From Planctomycetota bacterium (GTDB taxonomy: Bacteria > Planctomycetota > UBA1135 > UBA2386), in assembly GCA_051274975.1 (NCBI GenBank), contig JBNMND010000001.1, positions 1-49,705 on the forward strand: 49,705 nucleotides of DNA, read 5' to 3'. Within the stretch, counting starts at the first letter, position 1. The number at the start of each line of letters is the position of its first letter. The notes beneath the pieces are model-generated. The model had not been told where the DNA came from. It worked only from the letters and a program-made list of their open reading frames with translations, and searched no databases. This document shows positions 20,752 to 29,064 of the stretch, piece by piece. The position numbers were made by a program, and so were the translations under genes.

Positions 20752-21369
20752 TCAGTTGTGTCGGGTCCGCCGTTTTGGTTGCGGCGTGAAGCGAGCCCAG
20801 GACTCCATACGTTGGTTCGGGCGCAAACTGAGATACGGAGTCCAGCGAGGTCGCATGGGTTGGCGAAGAAGTTGCAGCCCAGCTTCCTTGGGCGTGTGGT
20901 TTGCTTTGCGCGCATTGCAGCGCACGCAGGCGAGAACGCAGTTCTCCCAGGAAGTCGAACCACCGCGCGATCGGGGTTGCACGTGGTCGACGCTGAGTCG
21001 ATCCGGCGGGCCGCGCTTGGCGCAATACTGGCACGTGTAGTCGTCGCGCAAGAACAGATTACGCCGCGTGAACGGTGCTTCGTGGCACGGCACGCGGTTG
21101 TAGTTCGTCAGCAGGATGATTTCGGGCGCCGCGATGTGGATCCTTGGTGACCGGATTGTGTGCTCTGGATTGGTGATTGGCACGTCGATCCAGCTGCCAA
21201 AACTGTGGGTCGTCAGCGATTCTGGGCAGACAATTCTAGCCGCATCGCGGAATACCATGCAGAGCGCTCGCCGCACGGTGGTCACGTGCACCGGCCGCCA
21301 AGAGCGATTCAACACCAGGGTTGCTCGCTGCAGCAGGTCGGCCCGCCGAACTGTTTCCGAGGCACGCAT
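20752..21369 (-). CDS. HNH endonuclease family protein
   Basis: ORF 20752..21594. The family-like N-terminus starts at ATG 21369 (MRASETVRRADLLQRATLVLNRSWRP). HNH motif DHVQPRSRGGSTSWENCVLACVRCNARK. Confidence 0.8.
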   Translation of the reverse strand: MRASETVRRADLLQRATLVLNRSWRPVHVTTVRRALCMVFRDAARIVCPESLTTHSFGSWIDVPITNPEHTIRSPRIHIAAPEIILLTNYNRVPCHEAPFTRRNLFLRDDYTCQYCAKRGPPDRLSVDHVQPRSRGGSTSWENCVLACVRCNARKANHTPKEAGLQLLRQPMRPRWTPYLSLRPNQRMESWARFTPQPKRRTRHN

Positions 21370-21650
21370 GGGTGATTCCAGCCACCAAACGAACTGCCAG
21401 GCCGGGGGAACGGAGTGTATGTCGAGTTGCCGGGTCGTGAAACCCTCGTGCCTCGGCGGTATCGTGTCGACTTGGTCGATTCCCGACGAGCCAGGTGTTC
21501 GTCGGCGTTGCCTGCCTCGGCGGGCGTCGATACACTGTTCGGCCCTCCAAACGACGAAAACTACCAACACGCCTTGAAAACTGTGGCCCTGCAACCAGAT
21601 GAGGTTGCGGTGTTGCGTTCACGCGTGACCCACCTCAAGAGGGGCTCCCA

Positions 21651-22070
21651 ATGACCACGAAGACCATCCTGACCGCGTTCCTGCTGACGTTTTGCTTGGT
21701 GCCGAGCGCCTGCCAAATAGGCGCGAGCGACCCTTCAGGGGTGAATTCGCGCCAATTCCAGGATGTCGTTGTGCCGTCTGGATTCCGCCTTCGCGACAGC
21801 GACAACCAGAGTTACTCGCGGGAAGAGGCGACTTGGCGACATGGTCGCTTTGTCTACTCGGGCAGCGAATACGTCGCCGAAGCGACTGCTTACGTGAAGC
21901 AGCACATGCCTCGACACAGCTGGCAAATGATCAGCAACGAAGCCATTGCCGATGACGGTGTGCGACTTCGGTTCGAGCGGGGCATCTACTCAGCCGATTA
22001 CTTGATTCGCAGGCAGGATGGCACGACCCATATGGTGGTCGACTACGCCACAGACTATTCCCGCCGCTGA
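21651..22070 (+). CDS. Hypothetical lipoprotein
   Basis: 139 aa. Signal peptide with lipobox-like LVPSAC. No family recognised. Confidence 0.6.
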   Translation: MTTKTILTAFLLTFCLVPSACQIGASDPSGVNSRQFQDVVVPSGFRLRDSDNQSYSREEATWRHGRFVYSGSEYVAEATAYVKQHMPRHSWQMISNEAIADDGVRLRFERGIYSADYLIRRQDGTTHMVVDYATDYSRR

Positions 22071-22120
22071 TCCCCATATTGCGTCGATAAGCGACTCTTA
22101 GAACTGACCTAGAACTGATT

Positions 22121-23260
22121 ATGTCCGCCACACCTCCTGCCACCCTCGAAGGGACCGAAGCTCCGAACCCGTTCGAGGTTCTCTGGGATCGCTACAAGTC
22201 CCTTATTGTCACGGTTGTCACTGCCATCCTCCTTGCCCTGATCGGAAATACGGTCTGGACTTACATGGAACAGGATGCGGTCAGCGAAGAGTGGTCAAAA
22301 TTCACTGTAAGCATTGGTCTTGGAGAGAGTTACGTCGATGTCGCCAGTGCCAGTGACAGTCTCTCCGAGGCTCTCAAGGACATTGAACTGGCCGAACTCG
22401 AGTCGAGCCTTGCCGAGGCGAGCGATCCGCAAAAGCCCTACTTCCTGCTCGCCATCGCCCGCAAGGCGATGATGACCAGCAACTGGGACCGTGCTGAGTC
22501 GGCCCTTGCAGCGATTGAGTCGGGCTACCCGAAGCATGATTTGGTCAGCGTGACCAAAGATGCCATGCAGACGCGTGATCCGCAGAAGCTAGATCCGGAT
22601 GAGCCAACGCCAACCGAGTTCAAGTGGGAAGACCCGGTCGAAGGCAGCGTGGTCACCCTCATGCGCCAGCAGATCGCTTCGGCGAAGGTCTTCACGACCC
22701 CCGAGTCCTTTGCTAAGCCGGAGATCCCGGCCGATGCCAAGAAGGTCAAGATCACCCTCGGCGACTACGGCAGCTTCACGATTGCCTTGATGCCCAATGC
22801 GCCGGTCCATGTTGCGGCACTGATCAAGCTGCTGACCGACAGCCCCGAATGGTTCATGGGCGTGGCTGTCGACGAAGTGCATCGCTCGACCAACACTCGT
22901 GAGATCCCATACGCCATGCACTTTGGCTTCCAGTCGACCAAGGACGACACCCGCTCGAAGTGGTCCACAACCGAGCCGAGCGAGAACATCATTGAGTTCG
23001 AGAAGACGGGCCTGAGCCACTTCGCTGGTGCCGTTTCGGCTCGCCCCGAGGCGGAAGGCAAGTCGTGCTGCGACCGTCTCTGGATCTCGGTTGATGACGA
23101 AGCCAATCTCGATGGCAGCCGGGTAGTCTTTGGTTATGTCGTTGAAGGCCTCGAAGACCTTCGCAAGGTTTGCGAAACTGGCTTGGACATCCAGGCTGAC
23201 GAGCAGGGCCAAGGCCAGCCGACCGAGAACATCCGCATCACCGCGGTTGAGATCCTCTAG
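22121..23260 (+). CDS. Membrane-anchored peptidyl-prolyl cis-trans isomerase (cyclophilin type) with helical N-terminal domain
   Basis: 379 aa. TM helix LIVTVVTAILLALIGNTVW. The C-terminal cyclophilin-like blocks are FTIALMPNAPVHVAALIKL, GLSHFAGAVSA and VVFGYVVEGLEDL. Confidence 0.8.
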   Translation: MSATPPATLEGTEAPNPFEVLWDRYKSLIVTVVTAILLALIGNTVWTYMEQDAVSEEWSKFTVSIGLGESYVDVASASDSLSEALKDIELAELESSLAEASDPQKPYFLLAIARKAMMTSNWDRAESALAAIESGYPKHDLVSVTKDAMQTRDPQKLDPDEPTPTEFKWEDPVEGSVVTLMRQQIASAKVFTTPESFAKPEIPADAKKVKITLGDYGSFTIALMPNAPVHVAALIKLLTDSPEWFMGVAVDEVHRSTNTREIPYAMHFGFQSTKDDTRSKWSTTEPSENIIEFEKTGLSHFAGAVSARPEAEGKSCCDRLWISVDDEANLDGSRVVFGYVVEGLEDLRKVCETGLDIQADEQGQGQPTENIRITAVEIL

Positions 23261-23270
23261 AACTTCGGTC

Positions 23271-23288
23271 GCCCGCGATTGCGCGGGC
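23271..23288 (+). terminator. GC-rich hairpin downstream of the cyclophilin gene (terminator-like, no U-tract)
   Basis: GCCCGCG-ATTG-CGCGGGC is a perfect 7-bp stem 11 nt after the stop, in a convergent intergenic region. There is no T-run, so function is uncertain. Confidence 0.35.
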
Positions 23289-23510
23289 TGACTGGCGCTC
23301 CGCGGGCATCCTGCGTCGAAGCGCCTCTTGCTTGCGGCCCAGCAGCGGCCGTCTGGGCCTAGCATATTGCGCCATCTTAGCTCCGCGGGTCCGGATGATT
23401 GGGCCACCCGAGCAGGCCGAGCAGGCCGCTCATGGTTACCGAGTAGGGCTTGCGCTGGCGCTGCGGAGCGTGGCCTGAATTGCAGCCGCTAGGCGCGCTG
23501 CGAGGGCGAC

Positions 23511-24452
23511 CTAGGCGTTCTTCAGGCGAGTGAAGATGCGGTCGAGCTCCTCTTGGCTACCACAGTCGATGACGATCTGGCTGCGCTTGCGGCCATACTT
23601 GATGGCAACGGGCGTGCTGAGGGCTTCGACCAGGCTTTCTTCAAGCTCGTTGAGCCACACGGGGCGGGCCTTCTTGGCTTTTGGTGTGGGCGGGGCGTCT
23701 CCTGTCGTGCCAGCGGCAATGACCGCCAGCAGCTCCTTGACCTTCGCTTCGAGGGCACGCACTGACAGGCGTTGCTTGATAGCAAAATCGGCAGTCTGGT
23801 TCATCAGCTCGTGATCTGGCAAAGCCAGCAGGGCACGGCCATGGCCCATGGTCAATGTTCCACGTGAAACATGCTGCTGAATCGCATCCGGAAGGTCGAG
23901 CAACCGGAGGAAGTTGGCGACCGTGGAGCGTTCGAAGCCAACTTGCTTGGCAACCTGCTCCTGTGTGGCCTTCATCTGATCCATCAGCAGCTTGATGCCC
24001 TGTGCTTTCTCAATCGAGTTGAGATCTTCGCGTTGGAGGTTCTCCACCAGGGCGAAGACTGCCGAATCGCTGTCGGACATCGTGCGACACAGAACGGGCA
24101 CCTCGGTCAGCTCTGCGAGTTGTGCCGCGCGCCAGCGGCGTTCGCCAGCGACGATCTGCAGCGTGTCCCCCACCTGGCGCGCCAGGATCGGCTGCAGGAT
24201 GCCACTCTCGCGGATGGACTGGGACAGAGTCTCCAGTTCCGCAGCTGCCATGTTCTTCCGCGGCTGGTAGGGGTTGGGTTGCAGGTCTGCAACTGGCACC
24301 ATGCGGACCAGTTCACCCTCTTCGTGCTCGGCAGGCGCACCCGCATCGGGGGCGATCTTGTCGCGCAAGGGAGTGGTTGCGGGGGGATTGGCCGGCTTTC
24401 GCCCACCAGACAGGAAGAAGTCGAGACCTCTCCCAAGACGACGATCAACCAT
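23511..24452 (-). CDS. parB: Chromosome partitioning protein ParB
   Basis: 313 aa. RLGRGLDFFL N-terminus, ParB box IVAGERRWRAAQLAEL, and an HTH region. Overlaps parA by 8 nt. Confidence 0.95.
   Translation of the reverse strand: MVDRRLGRGLDFFLSGGRKPANPPATTPLRDKIAPDAGAPAEHEEGELVRMVPVADLQPNPYQPRKNMAAAELETLSQSIRESGILQPILARQVGDTLQIVAGERRWRAAQLAELTEVPVLCRTMSDSDSAVFALVENLQREDLNSIEKAQGIKLLMDQMKATQEQVAKQVGFERSTVANFLRLLDLPDAIQQHVSRGTLTMGHGRALLALPDHELMNQTADFAIKQRLSVRALEAKVKELLAVIAAGTTGDAPPTPKAKKARPVWLNELEESLVEALSTPVAIKYGRKRSQIVIDCGSQEELDRIFTRLKNA
23856..23871. promoter_or_regulatory. parS: parS centromere-like site inside parB
   Basis: The sequence TGTTCCACGTGAAACA read directly at 23856-23871 fits the canonical 16-bp parS consensus TGTTNCACGTGAAACA. 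It lies in the parB HTH-coding region (codes HVSRGTL on the minus strand). Confidence 0.8.
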
Positions 24453-25173
24453 CGATGATTTCCTGCACGAGCTCTGTGTAGCAGAGAGCCCCCTTTGACC
24501 AGGGGCTATGAACGAAAACGGACTGTCCGTGGCTCGCTGCCTCTACAAGGCTCGAGTCGCGAAAGATGACAGTGTTGAGGAGCAGGCCTTTCAGATTCCG
24601 GCTCAGGTCCTCGAGGATCTCTTTGGCGACAGCCTCATTGGTGTCAACCATGGTCGGCAGCACTCCTCGGAGCTTGCCCTTGCCTGGGAAGCGCTTGGCG
24701 GCGTCTTCGAGCGAGCTCATCATCTGGGATAGGCCATGCATGGAGAAGAACTCTGCCTGCACCGGGACGATGACTTCGTCGCAGAGCTGAACTCCTGCCC
24801 AGCCCCATTCGTCCATCCGAGGCGGACAATCGACGATTAGCACGTCAATCTCGCCTTCTAGCCCCGCAACAACCGTTTGCAGGCGTTCGGTGTCAATCGT
24901 GGCTTCACCCGACTGCACGGCCTCGCTCCCTGCAGAAGGCAGCAGCCACAGCCGTTCTGCGATAGGAACCATCCACTCATGGGGGCTTTCATGAGGGGGT
25001 GCGAGGGCATCTTCGCGCAGCATTCCTTGCACGGCAACGGTCGCATTACCCTGAGGATCGAGGTCCATCAGGAGCACACGCTTGCCCGCCAAGGCGAACC
25101 CATGAGCCAAGTGAATCGCGGTCGTCGTCTTGCCGACGCCGCCTTTCTGGTTTGCCAAGACGATCGAGCGCAC
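24445..25173 (-). CDS. parA: Chromosome partitioning ATPase ParA/Soj
   Basis: 242 aa. Deviant Walker A NQKGGVGKTTT, then LLMDLDPQGNAT. GTG start. Confidence 0.95.
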   Translation of the reverse strand: MRSIVLANQKGGVGKTTTAIHLAHGFALAGKRVLLMDLDPQGNATVAVQGMLREDALAPPHESPHEWMVPIAERLWLLPSAGSEAVQSGEATIDTERLQTVVAGLEGEIDVLIVDCPPRMDEWGWAGVQLCDEVIVPVQAEFFSMHGLSQMMSSLEDAAKRFPGKGKLRGVLPTMVDTNEAVAKEILEDLSRNLKGLLLNTVIFRDSSLVEAASHGQSVFVHSPWSKGALCYTELVQEIIDG

Positions 25174-25310
25174 AGGTTCCCTAACCTACACCGCGAAGCC
25201 CATCCTTCGCTGTTCAAGGATTGTGCTGCCAAGGCCCCCGCGATTCCAGGCTTGTCCTTTTCGTTGGGGCGGAGGATAACCAGATAGTTCGACCTGCTTG
25301 TCCCTCTCAG

Positions 25311-25886
25311 ATGTCAGAGACCCTTCGACTCATTCGCTTGGTTGTGCTGGCCAGAGTTCGGTCCGCTGGCTGGCTACCCTGGCTGCTCGTTGCTGGCTGG
25401 CTGGTCATGGCGGCCTACCAGGAGCCTTTGCTGTTCCGTCGCTACGGTATCTACCTGGTGGATGACGCCGCCTGGACCGGAGGCCTCGTCTTCTTGCTGG
25501 TGCTGCTGTTGGCGGAGCGCCGCTCGCCACGCCGCCATGCCGTGACTGTCAACCTCGCCATGGTGGGCGCAATGGCGATCTTGCAGCTGGTAGGCAGCTA
25601 CCTGGCAGATCTGAGCCCGATGACCACGCCGCTATCAGTTCGTGCGACCGGGGCTGGCTTCTTCTTTCTGGCGTGGGCTCCTCTGTCTATTGCGTTGGCC
25701 CGTAATTGCGATAATGCAGGCACGTCCCGTACGCTTCACATGATCGTGGTGCTCACGGCGGGCTTGATGGGTAGCATCCTGGCAGTCGCTTTGCGCACGT
25801 CGCCGGATACATTCGTGCTCACAGCTAGTGGGCTGGCGATCGCCGGCGCTGCCTGTTGGGCTTCCGGCCGCAGCACATACACATAA
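25311..25886 (+). CDS. Polytopic membrane protein, unknown function
   Basis: ORF 25221..25886. ATG 25311 (MSETLRLIRLVVLARV...) is followed by about 6 hydrophobic helices. Confidence 0.55.
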   Translation: MSETLRLIRLVVLARVRSAGWLPWLLVAGWLVMAAYQEPLLFRRYGIYLVDDAAWTGGLVFLLVLLLAERRSPRRHAVTVNLAMVGAMAILQLVGSYLADLSPMTTPLSVRATGAGFFFLAWAPLSIALARNCDNAGTSRTLHMIVVLTAGLMGSILAVALRTSPDTFVLTASGLAIAGAACWASGRSTYT

Positions 25887-25899
25887 GACCTTTCGCACA

Positions 25900-26640
25900 A
25901 TGAAGATAGGGATCCTTGGAGACATCCACTCCAACTTGGACGCGCTGACTGCAGTGGTCGACGCGCTCAAGCAAGAGAACGTAGATGTGTGGGTGCAAGT
26001 AGGCGACATCGTCGGCTACGGACCAGAACCATCGGCTTGCATCGATATCGTGCGCGATCTCGGGTGCATCACGTGCCTCGGAAATCACGACGCCGCGGTG
26101 CTTGGCCGTCTCGACACCTCCTACTTCAACAACTTCGCGCGTGCCGCCATCCACTGGACGGCGCCCCAGTTGACGCCGACCGACTACGAGTTTCTCAACG
26201 GGCTAGAGCTCGTGGTCAAGAAGCCGGAGTTCACGGTGGTGCACGGCACGCTGCACATGCCCGAACAGTTCGGCTACGTGATCAGTGTGGTCGAAGCACT
26301 CGAGTCACTCGAACACCAAGAGACGCGTCTTTGCTTCGTTGGTCACTCGCATGTGCCGGCGATCTATCTGCGCCGCGATGAGAACCCGCGCGACATTCAC
26401 GTCGTCCCGCATTCCGAAGCAGAGGTCTCGTATCGCGGTTTTGAGCGCGTCTTGATGAACGTTGGCAGCGTTGGCCAACCGCGCGACGAAGACCCTCGCG
26501 CTGCCTATGGCCTCGTCGACACGGACCTCGAGATCGCTAGCATTCGCCGCGTGTCCTACGACATTGCGGCCGTGCAAGCGAAGATCCGCGAAGCGGGTCT
26601 GCCCGAAGTCTTGGCCAACCGCTTGTCTCTCGGAGTCTGA
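25900..26640 (+). CDS. Metallophosphoesterase (calcineurin-like phosphoesterase superfamily)
   Basis: ORF 25828..26640. ATG 25900 gives MKIGILGDIHSN. Further motifs are GDIVGYG, GNHD and GHSH. Confidence 0.85.
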   Translation: MKIGILGDIHSNLDALTAVVDALKQENVDVWVQVGDIVGYGPEPSACIDIVRDLGCITCLGNHDAAVLGRLDTSYFNNFARAAIHWTAPQLTPTDYEFLNGLELVVKKPEFTVVHGTLHMPEQFGYVISVVEALESLEHQETRLCFVGHSHVPAIYLRRDENPRDIHVVPHSEAEVSYRGFERVLMNVGSVGQPRDEDPRAAYGLVDTDLEIASIRRVSYDIAAVQAKIREAGLPEVLANRLSLGV

Positions 26641-26653
26641 GCTTCAAATAGTC

Positions 26654-29044
26654 ATGCGCAGCCTCGCCGCGTTGCTTTGCCTTGCATCCGCCGTCGTGGC
26701 GCAGCGATGGCATGACACGTGTGGCAGGTCGCCGGCCGGCATTCTGACGGTTCGCCAAGCGGCTCGCGATTGCGCCGCCGACTCACTGGTGTTGTTGGTC
26801 GCCTCGCACCCTGACGATCGCTACTTGTTGCCGACGGTCTGGCTGCGGCTGGCAGCGGGCTATCGAGTTGCGGTCCTGTTGACGACTCGCGGGGGCGGCG
26901 GCCAGAACAGTCTTGGCCCCGAAACCGGCGATGCACTCGAACGCATTCGAACGCTCGAGACCGAGGCTGGCTGCGCGTTGGCAGGGGCGTCGGTCTGGTA
27001 TCTCAATCGTGAAGATGCCGGCTACTGCCGATCGGCCGAGGAGACCTATGCGGACTGGGGACGCGAGGGCAGTCTGCGCGACTTGGTTCGCTTGTTGCGC
27101 AAGATTCGCCCCGATGCCGTGCTGACAACACACCACGCCGAAGAAGGGCACGGGCACGACTTGGCCATTGTGGATTTGCTGCCAGAGGCGATCGAAGCGG
27201 CCGCCGATCCAAACTTTGGTGCCGTAGGCGAGTGCCACACGATTCCGGTATTCTTGTTGGGGGGTGGCAGCACGGTGTCCGTCGACGCCGTCAAGATCGA
27301 TGCCGACAGGCTCGATCCGGATCGCGGTGCCGCCCTGCGACGCACTGCCTATGACATCTTGCGCGGAACCCATGTCAGCCCCGGTTTGCCAGCGCAGCTC
27401 GACGCCGTGTTCGCGCCCGTGTTGGTGTTTGAACCCCGGAAGCCAGCCAAGGTCGACGCGACTGGACCGCGCCCCTTCGCCTTGCCCTCGATTCTCGATG
27501 CGGACCGCTGGCCCGGTGCACCCGAACGTGCCATCAGTTTGGATACGTTCTTCCGCAACGAACTACCGCAGCTCTTGCACGCGGCTGAGCCGCCCATAGC
27601 CAAACTTCTTGAGGTGCTCGTCGAGCTGCGCGAACTGCAAGAGACCCATACACTCGCCCCAGAGCCGAACCGAGATGTGATTGTGCGGCTTGGCCGACGC
27701 ATCATGGCGCTCGAGCAATTGGTGTTGGCGCTCGCTCGCGTGCAGATCGAAGTCACCGTGCCGCCTGGCGCCGTCGCCATCGAGGACGAAGACTTCTCGT
27801 GCGGCGTGCGCCTGTTGACCGGGCGCGGCGAGTTGCTCCCGCTGCGGGCCGAAGGCCTCAACGGCGCGCTCGTCAAGCTGACCGATCTCGGCAAGTCGGC
27901 CGCTCCCGCGAGCAGCTCACTGGCCGAAGCAACGATTCGTGTCGCCGCAAGCAAGAAGCCCCATCGCGATCCCATGGCCCACCGCTTCAAGGCTGATCGC
28001 TTTGTGCCACCGGTGGTCATCCGATTCTGGGTGACGCTGCAGGGGATCGAGATACCCGTCAACATCACGGTGCCTGTGGAGCAGCGGCCGCCCGCGGAAT
28101 TGACCGTGGTGCCGCGCATGCTGTTGCTACCACACGCGCGCAACACCGTGCAGTTCAGCGTTGAGGTGAAGCGCAACTCGCTATTTCCGATTGAAGGCGA
28201 TCTGGAACTGCGAGGCACCGCGAACTACGCCATCACCAAGAGTCGTCACAGGGTCGTGTTGCGCGATCAACGCACCGACTTGTTCAGCTTCGAGGTCGGC
28301 GCACCGCTGAGTCGAAGCACCGGCGTCGATGTGCTGCGGATCAGTCTTGGCGACACGGCGGTTGTCCTCCCGGTGCACAACATCGACGTCAAGGTTCCGT
28401 CGACGGTGCGCGTTGGTGTGCTGCGAAGCCGCGATGACACGCTGGCCAGTTTGCTTGTCGGCCTCGGCATGTCGTGGTCGGAACTGACTGATGCCGACAT
28501 TGCTACGGCCGACCTCAGTGTCTTCGACACGATTGTCGTCGATATCCGTGCACTGCGCGATCGTGCGGCGGCGCGCAACGCGTTCAGCCGCTTGCTCGCG
28601 TTTGCCAAGGGCAAGGGCCGCCGGCTGGTCATCTTCTATCAAAAGAACGTCGAGTTTCACCCGAAGGGCGAGGCGTTTCGTGGCGCGCCGTTCGAGCCGT
28701 TTCATATCAGCAAAAACCGCGTGACCCGTGAAGATGCGCCGGTCAAGGTGCTGATGCCCGACCACATCTTGATGACGCACCCCAATGTCATTCGTCCCAG
28801 TGATTGGGACGGCTGGGTGCAAGAGCGCGCGCTCTACTTGCCGGCGGTCTACTCCGACAAGTATGACCAAATCCTCGAGTTCGGCGACCCTGGCCAAGAC
28901 CGGGAACACGGATCGTTGCTGTATGCGCAGACGGGCGACGGCGAATACGTCTATTGTGCGCTGGCACTGTGGCGCCAGCTCAAGACCCTTCACGCCGGGT
29001 CAGTTCGCATCCTCGTCAATCTCTTGACGCCAGCTGGCAAATAA
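26654..29044 (+). CDS. Large secreted PIG-L/LmbE-family deacetylase-domain protein with C-terminal class-I amidotransferase-like (ThuA-like) domain
   Basis: ORF 26462..29044. ATG 26654 gives the signal peptide MRSLAALLCLASAVVAQ. PIG-L motif LVASHPDDRYLL plus HHAEEGHGHD. The C-terminus resembles GATase1-like folds (VGVLRSRDD...FDTIVVD...GRRLVIFYQ). Confidence 0.75.
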   Translation: MRSLAALLCLASAVVAQRWHDTCGRSPAGILTVRQAARDCAADSLVLLVASHPDDRYLLPTVWLRLAAGYRVAVLLTTRGGGGQNSLGPETGDALERIRTLETEAGCALAGASVWYLNREDAGYCRSAEETYADWGREGSLRDLVRLLRKIRPDAVLTTHHAEEGHGHDLAIVDLLPEAIEAAADPNFGAVGECHTIPVFLLGGGSTVSVDAVKIDADRLDPDRGAALRRTAYDILRGTHVSPGLPAQLDAVFAPVLVFEPRKPAKVDATGPRPFALPSILDADRWPGAPERAISLDTFFRNELPQLLHAAEPPIAKLLEVLVELRELQETHTLAPEPNRDVIVRLGRRIMALEQLVLALARVQIEVTVPPGAVAIEDEDFSCGVRLLTGRGELLPLRAEGLNGALVKLTDLGKSAAPASSSLAEATIRVAASKKPHRDPMAHRFKADRFVPPVVIRFWVTLQGIEIPVNITVPVEQRPPAELTVVPRMLLLPHARNTVQFSVEVKRNSLFPIEGDLELRGTANYAITKSRHRVVLRDQRTDLFSFEVGAPLSRSTGVDVLRISLGDTAVVLPVHNIDVKVPSTVRVGVLRSRDDTLASLLVGLGMSWSELTDADIATADLSVFDTIVVDIRALRDRAAARNAFSRLLAFAKGKGRRLVIFYQKNVEFHPKGEAFRGAPFEPFHISKNRVTREDAPVKVLMPDHILMTHPNVIRPSDWDGWVQERALYLPAVYSDKYDQILEFGDPGQDREHGSLLYAQTGDGEYVYCALALWRQLKTLHAGSVRILVNLLTPAGK

Positions 29045-29064
29045 CACCGGCGAGACCGTTGAGC

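Noticed and set aside
23290-23510. A ~220-nt non-coding convergent gap between the cyclophilin gene and parB, examined for an sRNA or small gene. It includes the direct GAGCAGGCC GAGCAGGCC duplication.
   Set aside because: There is no convincing structure, promoter/terminator pair or coding signal. The only ORF starting here (22589..23407, minus) runs antisense into the cyclophilin gene.
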